Assembly: GCA_964394645.1 (NCBI GenBank)
Contig: CAYMYC010000004.1
Span: 1,258 to 65,257, forward strand
Direction: 5' to 3'
Length of the DNA stretch: 64,000 nucleotides
Source: an uncultured Gammaproteobacteria bacterium
GTDB lineage: Bacteria; Patescibacteriota; Microgenomatia; Levybacterales; GWA1-39-11
The stretch's first letter is position 1. Each line of letters starts with the position of its first letter. This document shows, one piece after another, positions 8,840 to 20,429 of the stretch. The notes beneath the pieces were generated by a model that saw only the letters and a list, made by a program, of their open reading frames with translations, made no database searches and was not told the DNA's origin. The translations under genes were made by a program, and so were the position numbers.

Positions 8840-10597
8840 TTGGGATATCATTTTATGGATCCTGCCCAAACAAATCAACCGTCAACAAATCAAAATATTA
8901 AGCCTGAAAAAAATATTTCAGACATACTAATTGAGGAAGGGCTTCTTACGCCTGAACAATATAAAAGATTAACGGAAGAAGCATCTGCGCGTGGAACAAC
9001 AGTTGAACAATTGCTGCTTGAAACGAATATCATTAACGAAGAACAGTATTACGAGGCACGTGCCAAACTTACTGGAATACCGTTTGTCTCTGTTGCGACA
9101 CTTCCATTTTCGCCTGAATCGTTAAGTTTTATTCCCAAAAACGTTGCAGAACGCTTTCAGGTGGTACCTTTTTCATATGATAAGACAAAACTCTCTATCT
9201 CTCTTGCAATGGCCGACCCTCTTGACTTTGAAGCAATTAACTTTATTCAGCAAAAAACTGGAATGACGGTTATTGCATATCAGGCGATCCCCTCAGAAAT
9301 TGCTGAAGCAATAAAAAACGAATACAATATCGGGCTTATTGGTGAAGTTAAAGAAGCCTTAAAAGAAACAGAACAAATTTCTAAAGTAAAAACATTTGAT
9401 CAGGAAAGTATTGCAAAAGTTATAAAAGAAGCGCCAATAGCCAAAATTGTTTCGACCATCTTAGAATACGCAATTAAAAGCCGTGCATCAGATGTTCACA
9501 TAGAACCTCAAGAAGATCGAGTACGTGTACGGTACCGAATTGATGGAATTTTATATGAAAGACTTGCTCTCCCAAAAGCTGTCCAGGATGCTGTAATTTC
9601 CAGAATTAAAATCCTTTCTGACTTAAAAATAGACGAGAGAAGGACTCCACAAGATGGTAGATTTAACTTTAAATATTTAGATCAAGAAGTAGATCTTCGT
9701 GTATCTGTTCTTCCTACTACATATGGGGAAAAAATTGTAATGCGTCTTCTAAGAAAAAGCGGAGGAGTGCCTACTTTAACCGAACTTGGAATACGTGGAA
9801 CAGCTCAAAAAGAACTTGAAGCTGCTATTTCAAGACCGCATGGAATAATTATTGTTTGTGGACCAACCGGAAGTGGAAAAACAACAACTCTATACGCAGT
9901 GCTTTCAAGAATAAATACAACAAAAGTAAATATCTCAACACTTGAAGACCCTGTTGAATATCAAATACCAGGAGCCAATCAAGTACAAATAAATCCAGAT
10001 GTAGGACTTACATTTGCAAGCGGCTTGAGAGCATTTTTAAGACAAGATCCAAATATAATTTTAGTTGGAGAGATTCGTGATAAAGAAACTACAGACCTCG
10101 CAATTCAAGCAGCATTAACGGGACATTTGGTTTTCTCTACGCTTCATACATCAAATGCATCTGGAGCACTTCCAAGACTAATAGATATGGGCGCAGAAAC
10201 ATTCCTTTTAGCATCTACGATGACAGCAATTGTAGGACAAAGAATAGCTAGAAAAATCTGTCCAGACTGTAAAATATCCTACATCCCCACTCCCGAAGTG
10301 GTTTTAGAAATAAAACATGTACTTGGTTCATTAACACCTCAAGGAGAAATTCATTTATATAAAGGGAACGGCTGTGAGTCATGCGGACAGTCTGGATATC
10401 TTGGTAGAGTAGGAATTTATGAAGTGCTTACTGTAACAAATCAGATCGCAAAAATGATTCTAGAACGGTCCGACGCAAATTCCATAGAGCAAGAGGCAAA
10501 AAAAGAAGGCATGATTACCATAAAAGAAGATGGGTATCTTAAGGCTATAGAGGGCATAACCACTATTGAAGAAGTATTACGCGTTGCCCAAGACTAA
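8840..10597 (+). CDS. pilB: type IV pilus assembly ATPase PilB (GspE family)
   Basis: N-terminal GspII-like domain, Walker A VCGPTGSGKTTTLYA, Asp box, Walker B LVGEIRD, tetra-Cys CPDC...CESCGQSG. Confidence 0.9.
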   Translation: MGYHFMDPAQTNQPSTNQNIKPEKNISDILIEEGLLTPEQYKRLTEEASARGTTVEQLLLETNIINEEQYYEARAKLTGIPFVSVATLPFSPESLSFIPKNVAERFQVVPFSYDKTKLSISLAMADPLDFEAINFIQQKTGMTVIAYQAIPSEIAEAIKNEYNIGLIGEVKEALKETEQISKVKTFDQESIAKVIKEAPIAKIVSTILEYAIKSRASDVHIEPQEDRVRVRYRIDGILYERLALPKAVQDAVISRIKILSDLKIDERRTPQDGRFNFKYLDQEVDLRVSVLPTTYGEKIVMRLLRKSGGVPTLTELGIRGTAQKELEAAISRPHGIIIVCGPTGSGKTTTLYAVLSRINTTKVNISTLEDPVEYQIPGANQVQINPDVGLTFASGLRAFLRQDPNIILVGEIRDKETTDLAIQAALTGHLVFSTLHTSNASGALPRLIDMGAETFLLASTMTAIVGQRIARKICPDCKISYIPTPEVVLEIKHVLGSLTPQGEIHLYKGNGCESCGQSGYLGRVGIYEVLTVTNQIAKMILERSDANSIEQEAKKEGMITIKEDGYLKAIEGITTIEEVLRVAQD

Positions 10598-10606
10598 CAA
10601 TTACAT

Positions 10607-11674
10607 ATGGAAATTTTAGAATTACTGGAAAAAACAGTTCAAAACAATGCTTCCGACCTACATTTAGTAGTGGGCGACGTGCCTGCTATAAGAATTGATG
10701 GAAGGTTAACATTTCTGAACACTTACCCACAGATAGAAAAAGCCGAAATGGAAACAATGATTGCAAGCATCTTAACCTCCCACCAAAAAGAATTCTTAGT
10801 AAATAACAGAAGTTTAGATTTTTCATACGCTTATGGTGGAGGAAATTTCGGAGACAGAGGAAGATTTAGGGTTAATTGTTATTATCAACGAGGAACACTT
10901 GCTGCTGCCTTTAGACTTCTTCCAACAAGAATCAGAACAATCGAAGAATTAGGACTTCCTCCGGTCTGTAGCACATTCTCAAAGTTGAGGCAGGGATTCG
11001 TTCTCGTAACAGGACCTACGGGACATGGAAAATCTACAACGCTTGCCGCAATTATTAATCAGATAAACGGCGAGCGCTCGTCAAATATTATAACAATTGA
11101 AGATCCTATTGAATATATGTACCCCAAGGGAAAAAGCATTGTCTCCCAAAGAGAGTTAGGTTCTGACACATTCTCATGGCATGAAGGTCTTAAGAGTGCA
11201 TTAAGAGAAGATATTGATGTAGTCTTAATTGGTGAAATGCGAGACCCTGAAAGCATCGCAACAGCTATCTCAATCGCGGAGACAGGTCATCTAGTTTTTT
11301 CGACTCTTCATACCAATTCCGCTGCCCAAAGCATTGATCGCATAATAGATTCATTTCCTGAAGCGCAGCAGGCACAAATTAGAGTACAACTTGCAGGAAC
11401 TCTAGCGGGAATTGTCTCTCAAAGACTTATTGAAAGAATTGATGCCGGTCGAGCAGTGGCCACAGAAGTCTTACTTGGAACAAATGCGGTTAGAGCTACA
11501 ATTAGAGATGGAAAAACACACTTACTAGACTCAATCATTGAAACCTCTCAAAATGAAGGCATGATACCTCTTGATGTCTCTTTGGCAAATCTAGTAAAAG
11601 ACGGAGCTATTGCACTTGATACCGGAAAAAGCTATACGCTTCATATGGATTCTTTCCTAAGACTACTTTCATAA
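10607..11674 (+). CDS. pilT: twitching motility retraction ATPase PilT
   Basis: Walker A VTGPTGHGKSTTLAA, LIGEMRD, and GHLVFSTLHTNSAAQSIDRI, a PilT-specific motif. Confidence 0.9.
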   Translation: MEILELLEKTVQNNASDLHLVVGDVPAIRIDGRLTFLNTYPQIEKAEMETMIASILTSHQKEFLVNNRSLDFSYAYGGGNFGDRGRFRVNCYYQRGTLAAAFRLLPTRIRTIEELGLPPVCSTFSKLRQGFVLVTGPTGHGKSTTLAAIINQINGERSSNIITIEDPIEYMYPKGKSIVSQRELGSDTFSWHEGLKSALREDIDVVLIGEMRDPESIATAISIAETGHLVFSTLHTNSAAQSIDRIIDSFPEAQQAQIRVQLAGTLAGIVSQRLIERIDAGRAVATEVLLGTNAVRATIRDGKTHLLDSIIETSQNEGMIPLDVSLANLVKDGAIALDTGKSYTLHMDSFLRLLS

Positions 11675-11680
11675 TTTACT

Positions 11681-12883
11681 ATGCGATATTCATACACAGC
11701 AGTAAACAATACAGGGGCAAAACAAAAAGGATTACTAGAAGCAAACAGCCAAAAGGAAGTAACAGACTACTTGAGACAAAACAACCTTACACCTATCTTA
11801 ATCAGAGAAGAACATGAAACCCATATTCCATTCTTAAACTACGTAAACCGTGTAAAGCAGGATGATATTGTTATTTTTACTCGACAATTGGCATCAATGA
11901 TCCAAACCGGTCTTACCCTAATTGAAGCTCTTACCATTTTAAAAGACCAGGCTCAAAAGACACAGCTGAAAGCTCTTCTTGCTGATTTAATAGCAAACAT
12001 ATCCGGAGGAAGTTCATTCTCTGAGGCTCTTTCTTATCATAGAGATGTTTTCTCTGATGTTTATATCGCTCTGGTTCGGGCAGCTGAAGCAGGAGGGGTA
12101 ATGGATAAAATACTATCCCGCCTAGCAGATAATTTAGAACGTTCTCAGGATTTAAAAAGGAAAGTAAGATCAGCACTTTTCTATCCACTTATAGTTGTTG
12201 TAGGTGTAGTTCTGGTAATTGTAGTCATGAATGTCTTTGTTATTCCTCAACTGTCTACGCTTTATGAGGGATTAAACGTAGAACTACCACTTACCACAAG
12301 AATTGTATTAGGATTTTCAAAACTATTTACAACGTTTTCTCCTCTCATGATAATTTTCATAATAGCTTGCGTCTTTTTATATAAACGGTTTTCAAAAAGC
12401 GGAACAGGGAAAGAACTTATTGACTCCTACAAACTAAAAATACCCGTTATCGGAAAAATTTTAGTTTTATCCATAGAAGACGAAATTGCTCGAACGCTGT
12501 CTCTTCTTATATCTTCTGGTACATCAATTTTGGAAAGTCTTCATATAGCTGCAAACGTTGCAGGAAACTACAAATACAAACAAGGAGTACTTTCATCAGC
12601 AACCTTAGTAGAGAAAGGATTAACTCTTTCAACAGCATTTGAACAACAGAATATATTTCCTGCAATTTTTATTCAAATGACAAAGGTAGGAGAATCAACT
12701 GGCAAGATTGATGAAAATTTAAATAAAGTTGCTGAATATTTTGAACGAGACCTAGAACTCAAAGTAAAAACGCTCACAACATCGATTGAACCTATATTGT
12801 TGGTGGTACTGGGTGTAACCGTAGGGTTTTTAATTATTTCAGTTATCTCTCCAATCTATGGACTTATTTCTTCAATTCAGTAA
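11681..12883 (+). CDS. pilC: type IV pilus platform protein PilC (GspF family)
   Basis: Two GspF repeats (LIEALTIL...; ESLHIAAN...), three TM segments, about 400 aa, directly downstream of pilB/pilT. Confidence 0.85.
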   Translation: MRYSYTAVNNTGAKQKGLLEANSQKEVTDYLRQNNLTPILIREEHETHIPFLNYVNRVKQDDIVIFTRQLASMIQTGLTLIEALTILKDQAQKTQLKALLADLIANISGGSSFSEALSYHRDVFSDVYIALVRAAEAGGVMDKILSRLADNLERSQDLKRKVRSALFYPLIVVVGVVLVIVVMNVFVIPQLSTLYEGLNVELPLTTRIVLGFSKLFTTFSPLMIIFIIACVFLYKRFSKSGTGKELIDSYKLKIPVIGKILVLSIEDEIARTLSLLISSGTSILESLHIAANVAGNYKYKQGVLSSATLVEKGLTLSTAFEQQNIFPAIFIQMTKVGESTGKIDENLNKVAEYFERDLELKVKTLTTSIEPILLVVLGVTVGFLIISVISPIYGLISSIQ

Positions 12884-13409
12884 CTTCCCGATGAAAAGCA
12901 AAAGAAGATTTATAAGAAAATTTACCAGAATCCAACGTAACAAAATGAATTTTTTCTGTGTTTACTAACGCAGGTTTTGAATCTTTTTCAGTTTTTATGC
13001 CTCGCACGAACACATCAACTAAATCACAGACAACGTCTTTTGGTAAAACTATCCCAATCGCTAAAATAGAACTTTGTGTTCCGTCTGAGTTACCAGTCTT
13101 TGCTCTCCAGTCTTTTATTTTTTCCAACGTAGGATTGGCAACATTCTTCATCTCACTATGCAATCTTTTTCTAAAATGAGAGATCCCCTCGTTTGAGAGA
13201 TCTCTTGGAGAGAATGTTCTCATTTCCTCTGTAGGTCCACCAACTACACCTCCCAAAACAGAAGCGTTTTTCTTTCCCAAACCATTATTGTCTAAATAGT
13301 AAATACGTGTTATCCCATGATTATTTAAAACTTTCAATGAGGAGGGTGAATGAACTGAGGCATCTAGGGGGGTAGGCACTATAAAGATGTTTAGTTTTTC
13401 CTGTGACAT
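12864..13409 (-). CDS. hypothetical protein
   Basis: 181-aa ORF convergent with pilC. I recognised no motif. Called only on ORF length and a clean intergenic region upstream. Confidence 0.35.
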   Translation of the reverse strand: MSQEKLNIFIVPTPLDASVHSPSSLKVLNNHGITRIYYLDNNGLGKKNASVLGGVVGGPTEEMRTFSPRDLSNEGISHFRKRLHSEMKNVANPTLEKIKDWRAKTGNSDGTQSSILAIGIVLPKDVVCDLVDVFVRGIKTEKDSKPALVNTEKIHFVTLDSGKFSYKSSFAFHREVTELKK

Positions 13410-13473
13410 ATTACAAATTCTTGTGAAGAACGCTATTATAGGGCATTATACAAAATATTTTACGTTATGCAAG

Positions 13474-13502
13474 TTGACACGTTTGTTTTTTTTCACTATA
13501 CT
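13474..13502 (+). promoter_or_regulatory. sigma70-like promoter (TTGACA-17-TATACT)
   Basis: Perfect -35 TTGACA (13474-13479), 17-nt spacer, -10 TATACT (13497-13502). Confidence 0.4.
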
Positions 13503-13511
13503 AACTTCACA

Positions 13512-13537
13512 AGCGATAGTTTATATCGCTTTTTTAA
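13512..13537 (+). promoter_or_regulatory. terminator-like hairpin/palindrome (AGCGATA-GTTTA-TATCGCT + T6) in gyrB leader
   Basis: 7-bp stem followed by TTTTTT on the plus strand, a few nt after the predicted TSS of the upstream promoter. A CGATAG motif recurs at 13543-13548. Confidence 0.35.
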
Positions 13538-13559
13538 TTGGTCGATAGCTAGAAAATTT

Positions 13560-13568
13560 TGATATAAT
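13560..13568 (+). promoter_or_regulatory. extended -10 promoter element (TGaTATAAT) proximal to gyrB
   Basis: TG-n-TATAAT at 13560-13568, about 97 nt upstream of the gyrB ATG. Confidence 0.3.
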
Positions 13569-13652
13569 GAAACTAGTTCAAAAACAGTATTTCAGATACA
13601 CAAAAAGAAGTAGAATTGAATTTTTATGCACAAAGTTGAGATTTTCAAATAG

Positions 13653-15614
<1,962 letters not shown>

Positions 15615-15642
15615 CTAAATTTTAGGAGGTGAAAGAAATATT

Positions 15643-16149
15643 ATGAAATTAACAGCAGGAGACAAAGCACCAGAACAAGTAAACGTACTTATTGAAATCC
15701 CTTCCGGGTCATCAATAAAATATGAACTTGATAAGGATAGCGAGGTGGTATTTGTAGATAGGTTTCTACACACTGCAATGTATTATCCTTTTAACTATGG
15801 TTTTATCCCGGGAACACAAGCTCCAGATGGAGATCCGGTTGATGTTTTAGTTTTATCCGAACAATCAATAGCACCCGGCTGTGCCATAAAGGCAATACCT
15901 ATTGGATTTTTGGAAATGGAGGATGAAGAAGGGGTTGACGCAAAAGTAGTTGCTGTTCCACCCACAAAAATTGATCCATTTTATGGTACGTTCACATCTA
16001 TTGATCAAATACCTGAAGCATTGAGGAATAAAATTAAACACTTTTTTGAAAATTATAAAACACTTGAACCTGGGAAGTGGATTAAAATAAAAGACTGGAA
16101 AGGAAAAGAGGAAGCACTTGCGGAAATTACAAAAGGAATGAGTAAGTAA
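15643..16149 (+). CDS. ppa: inorganic pyrophosphatase (family I)
   Basis: YPFNYGFIPGT...DGDPVDVLVL...KVVAV are family I PPase signature residues. 168 aa. Confidence 0.9.
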   Translation: MKLTAGDKAPEQVNVLIEIPSGSSIKYELDKDSEVVFVDRFLHTAMYYPFNYGFIPGTQAPDGDPVDVLVLSEQSIAPGCAIKAIPIGFLEMEDEEGVDAKVVAVPPTKIDPFYGTFTSIDQIPEALRNKIKHFFENYKTLEPGKWIKIKDWKGKEEALAEITKGMSK

Positions 16150-16156
16150 TTACAAA

Positions 16157-16228
16157 TTCCTAATTGACCTAATTGCACAAAGTCGATTTATAAAGATCGT
16201 AGTGTAGCAAAATTAGGTTAATTAGGAA
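16157..16228 (+). repeat. 18-bp inverted repeat (TTCCTAATTGACCTAATT / AATTAGGTTAATTAGGAA) with 36-nt loop between ppa and gyrA
   Basis: Arms are at 16157-16174 and 16211-16228. They are complementary at 18/18 positions if one G·U pair is allowed. Confidence 0.6.
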
Positions 16229-16249
16229 TTAAATAATTATCATAAAAAT

Positions 16250-18739
16250 ATGACCAATAATATTGGAAAACTTGAACAGGTAGAATTAGGAGTAGAGGCT
16301 CAGAAAGCGTACTTAGATTACGCAATGAGTGTTATTGTTTCTCGTGCGCTTCCAGATGTAAGAGACGGTTTAAAACCAGTTCATAGAAGGATACTTTTTG
16401 CTATGAATGAATTGGGTCTTAACCCCACCTCTAAATTTAAAAAATCAGCTACTATTGTTGGAGAAGTTATGGGTAAATATCACCCTCACGGAGATATGGC
16501 GATTTATGATACGTTAGTAAGACTTGCCCAAGACTTTTCAATGCGGTACCCCCTTATTCACGGACAAGGAAATTTTGGCTCAATGGATGGGGATAGTGCT
16601 GCTGCTATGCGTTACACTGAAGCAAAGTTAGCAGCAATCGCCGGAGAAATGCTCAGAGATATAGATAAAGAAACGGTTGACTTTACTCCAAATTTTGACG
16701 CAACAATTCAAGAACCAGTATACCTACCAAGCTTACTTCCTAATCTACTTCTTGCAGGATCTGAAGGAATTGCGGTAGGAATGGCCACAAAAATCCCTCC
16801 ACACAATTTAACTGAAGTCGTTGATGCCGCTATATTTCTAATAGGAAGAACAAAAGTTGAGAAATCAGAAACGGGGGGTGTGGCTTCACTTACGTCTGAT
16901 GTATCAATTGATGAATTAATTGACTATGTGAAGGGTCCAGACTTTCCTACAGGAGGAGCCATATTTGATATTAATGAAATTAAAAATGTTTACAGAACTG
17001 GACGCGGAAAAATCATCATTCGCGGAATTGCTGAAATTGAAGATATAGGACAAGGAAAAAGTGCAATCATCATCCGTGAAATTCCCTATCAAGTAAATAA
17101 GTCTGCATTAGTTTCAAAAATTGCGGAACTTGCAAAAGATAAACGAATTGAGGGAATATCAGATCTTAGAGACGAATCAGATAGGCATGGAGTCCGCGTG
17201 GTTGTTGAACTAAAAAGAGATGCAACTCCTAAAAAAATCTTAAACAACCTCTACAAGCTTACATATCTTCAAACTCAATTTCCGGCAAATTTTGTAGCTT
17301 TAGTTGATGGAGTACCTAAAACAGTAAATCTTAAAATTATTCTTGAGGAGTATGTAAAACATAGATTTTCAGTGGTAACACGTAGGTCAGAATTTGAACT
17401 AAGAGAAGCCCAAGCTAGACTTCACATTCTGGATGGGTTACTCATCGCAGTAAATAACATAGACGCAGTAATCAAGCTTATTCGAGAATCAGAAAGTGCA
17501 GACCACGCCAGAGGAAGACTCATGGAGCAATTTAAACTATCAGAAATTCAATCAACCGCAATTTTGGATATGCAGTTACGACGTCTTGCTGCACTCGAAC
17601 GTGAAAAACTTGAGGACGAATGGAAAATGGTCAAAGAACTTATTGACTATCTCAACTCAATACTTGGAGACTCAGTTAAAATGCTTTCAGTTATTAAAGA
17701 TGAAATTGAAAAATTAAAAGAAAAATTTCAAGACCCAAGACGCACAAGAGTATATAAATCTAAAGTTGATGAGTTTTCAGATGAAGACCTTATTCAAAAC
17801 GAACCTACCGTCATAACCATAACTCAATCAGGCTATATAAAACGACAAAGCATTACGTCTTTTAAAACTCAGCACAGGGGCGGCAAGGGGGTGTCAGGAA
17901 TGACAACAAAGGAAGATGACGCGATAGAACATATTTTATATTCTGAAACTCATGACTTCGTTTTATTTTATACAAATACTGGAAAAGTCTACCAAACACG
18001 AGTATTTGAAATTCCTGAATCATCCCGCGTTGCAAAAGGACAGGCTATAGTTAACCTGATTGATATGCCATCTGGTGAAACTATAAAATCGATTCTCACA
18101 TATAACCCAAAAGAGAAGGCTGCAAATAAATTTGTTTTAATGGCTACAAAAAAAGGTGAAATAAAAAAAACAGGAATTGATGAATTCAAAAATATCAGAA
18201 AATCAGGGATTCTTGCAATAAATATTCAACCCAATGATGAGCTATCTTTTGTTGATTTTACAAATGGAGACAATGATATCTTGCTTGTTACTAAAAGTGG
18301 AAAAATTATCTCTTTTAATGAGTCCCAAATCAGAGCAACAGGAAGATCCTCGATGGGAGTACGGGGCATTAAACTTGTCGGAAGCGACATGGTGGTAGCA
18401 GCTGACGTTCTTGAAAAAAATTCAAATAAAAATCTACTTGTTATAACGGAAAATGGGATTGGAAAGAAAACCCATGTTTCAGAATTTAGAAATCAGAATA
18501 GGGGTGGTCAAGGAATTCGCGTAGCAAATATCACTGAGAAAACAGGAGCAATAGTATTTTCAACGGTTATCTCAGACACGGCAAAAGAGGTAATCATTAC
18601 CTCCCTTAAAGGTGTTATTGTAAAACTTGATTTAACATCTATACCCCTTCTCTCAAGAAACGCACAAGGAGTTATCCTTATGCGTTTTAAAAATGCCTCA
18701 GATAAGGTCGCGACTGCAACTGCAGTTGAAGCAGAATAG
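16250..18739 (+). CDS. gyrA: DNA gyrase subunit A
   Basis: [10 protein letters not shown] active-site Tyr region, QRDR-like HPHGD, GyrA-box-like C-terminal beta-pinwheel repeats. 829 aa. Confidence 0.95.
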   Translation: MTNNIGKLEQVELGVEAQKAYLDYAMSVIVSRALPDVRDGLKPVHRRILFAMNELGLNPTSKFKKSATIVGEVMGKYHPHGDMAIYDTLVRLAQDFSMRYPLIHGQGNFGSMDGDSAAAMRYTEAKLAAIAGEMLRDIDKETVDFTPNFDATIQEPVYLPSLLPNLLLAGSEGIAVGMATKIPPHNLTEVVDAAIFLIGRTKVEKSETGGVASLTSDVSIDELIDYVKGPDFPTGGAIFDINEIKNVYRTGRGKIIIRGIAEIEDIGQGKSAIIIREIPYQVNKSALVSKIAELAKDKRIEGISDLRDESDRHGVRVVVELKRDATPKKILNNLYKLTYLQTQFPANFVALVDGVPKTVNLKIILEEYVKHRFSVVTRRSEFELREAQARLHILDGLLIAVNNIDAVIKLIRESESADHARGRLMEQFKLSEIQSTAILDMQLRRLAALEREKLEDEWKMVKELIDYLNSILGDSVKMLSVIKDEIEKLKEKFQDPRRTRVYKSKVDEFSDEDLIQNEPTVITITQSGYIKRQSITSFKTQHRGGKGVSGMTTKEDDAIEHILYSETHDFVLFYTNTGKVYQTRVFEIPESSRVAKGQAIVNLIDMPSGETIKSILTYNPKEKAANKFVLMATKKGEIKKTGIDEFKNIRKSGILAINIQPNDELSFVDFTNGDNDILLVTKSGKIISFNESQIRATGRSSMGVRGIKLVGSDMVVAADVLEKNSNKNLLVITENGIGKKTHVSEFRNQNRGGQGIRVANITEKTGAIVFSTVISDTAKEVIITSLKGVIVKLDLTSIPLLSRNAQGVILMRFKNASDKVATATAVEAE

Positions 18740-18750
18740 AAACAATACAC

Positions 18751-19800
18751 ATGCAATCATTTTTAGTAAGAACAAGTATTCTTTTGTTATTTTCTCTTTT
18801 TTTTATAGTCCTTTTGTATGTTGTACTCTCAGATAAAAAAACTGGTGAACTTCCGGCTAGTGATAATAAATCAAATTTTGCTCCTCAGGAAAACCCCCTT
18901 TCGATTGTTGCTATGAGGAATCGTTCGTACCCAGGATCAGAATTAGTCATTGAAGAAGAATTGCCTGACGGCACAGACTACAAACAATACATAGCATCGT
19001 ATTTCTCTGATAATTTAAAGATTTATGGTCTGCTTACTATCCCTACAACAAAAAAACCAGAAAAAGGCTATCCTGCAATCATTTTTAACCATGGCTACAT
19101 ACCACCTAAGGAGTACAAAACAACTGAAAGATATGTTTCATATCAGGACTCATTTGCAAGAAACGGATATATTACTTTTAAATCAGATTATAGAGGGCAT
19201 GGAAACTCAGAGGGAACTCCTGAAGGAGCTTATTTCTCACCAGCATACACAATTGACGTATTAAATGCCCTTTCAAGCATAAAGAAACGACCAGATGTAG
19301 ATACAGATAATATAGGCATGTGGGGACACTCACTAGGAGGAAACATCACTCAACGAGCACTTACCGTAAACCCCCAAGATATACATGCAGCTGTTATATG
19401 GGGTGGAGTAGTCGGATCATATGAGGATATTTTTTCTGAATGGTGGAACAAAAGACAAGTTCCAACAATAACACCTAACAATCGTGAGCAACAATCCAAC
19501 AGACCAACTCGTCAAAATTTTATAAACACATACGGACAACCTAGCAAGGGCAATTCTTTTTGGATAGATATTTCGCCAACTACCTATACTTCTGATGTTC
19601 TCTCACCGGTACAACTTCATCATGGGCTAGCAGATGAAACAGTACCTTACTCACTTTCCCAAAAGTATTATGATGTACTCAAGGATAAAGGAAAAACAGT
19701 GGAAGCTTTTTATTATGAAAATAATGACCACAATATATCACAGTCCTTCAATCTAGCAATGGAGCGTTCGGTTGACTTTTTTGACAAATATCTTAAATAA
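18751..19800 (+). CDS. secreted/membrane-anchored alpha/beta hydrolase (S9 prolyl-oligopeptidase/dienelactone-hydrolase-like)
   Basis: N-terminal TM anchor, GHSLGG nucleophile elbow, downstream Asp/His (HHGLADETVPY...DHN). Confidence 0.6.
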   Translation: MQSFLVRTSILLLFSLFFIVLLYVVLSDKKTGELPASDNKSNFAPQENPLSIVAMRNRSYPGSELVIEEELPDGTDYKQYIASYFSDNLKIYGLLTIPTTKKPEKGYPAIIFNHGYIPPKEYKTTERYVSYQDSFARNGYITFKSDYRGHGNSEGTPEGAYFSPAYTIDVLNALSSIKKRPDVDTDNIGMWGHSLGGNITQRALTVNPQDIHAAVIWGGVVGSYEDIFSEWWNKRQVPTITPNNREQQSNRPTRQNFINTYGQPSKGNSFWIDISPTTYTSDVLSPVQLHHGLADETVPYSLSQKYYDVLKDKGKTVEAFYYENNDHNISQSFNLAMERSVDFFDKYLK

Positions 19801-20353
19801 TACATATATGCAGCTTCCAGAAAAATCTTCGTCCGTAGAGGAAAGGGTAGTGAAATTAATAATTTTTATTGGGGAGAGATTGGCTATTATCTTGTTTGCA
19901 ATTTTTGCAACAACACTTTTACTTACTAGCTTTACAACTCAAGCATTCTCAAAACAGGAGGAAGCAGAATTTGTAAAGCCAGACAGCAATTGGTATCAAA
20001 AAAATGTCACGCTTCCAACCCTGAAATCTGAATATAAATCAGTAGAATACACAATTTCAGAAGCTCAGATAACCCCTACACAATCTCCTAAGATAGTACA
20101 AATTAACTCTTTTGACAACAATATTTGGGAAAAACTAGCACAATGTGAAACACATGGAAATTGGAGTGCTGATACAGGAAATGGATATTACGGTGGGCTT
20201 CAATTCAATATGTCAGCCTGGGAAAGCACGGGCGGATCAGGAAATCCTGCACACGCATCAAAAGACGAGCAAATAATGAGAGGAGAAATACTTCAGGAAA
20301 AACGAGGCTGGGGTCCATGGAACACTTGTGCTAAAAAACTTGGGTTACTTTAA
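19772..20353 (+). CDS. membrane-anchored Rpf-like (transglycosylase-like, PF06737-type) domain protein
   Basis: C-terminal WEKLAQCETHGNWSADTGNGYYGGLQFNMSAWESTGGSG...WGPWNTC matches the resuscitation-promoting-factor catalytic domain consensus (CESGGNW..NTGNGYYGGLQF). N-terminal TM. Overlaps the upstream hydrolase gene. Confidence 0.6.
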   Translation: MTFLTNILNNTYMQLPEKSSSVEERVVKLIIFIGERLAIILFAIFATTLLLTSFTTQAFSKQEEAEFVKPDSNWYQKNVTLPTLKSEYKSVEYTISEAQITPTQSPKIVQINSFDNNIWEKLAQCETHGNWSADTGNGYYGGLQFNMSAWESTGGSGNPAHASKDEQIMRGEILQEKRGWGPWNTCAKKLGLL

Positions 20354-20429
20354 AAATCTAATCTTGCACCTTTTTTGCCTCTACATTTTACTTAACTATT
20401 AAAAGCCCTGCGTACAAAAATCTTAATTT

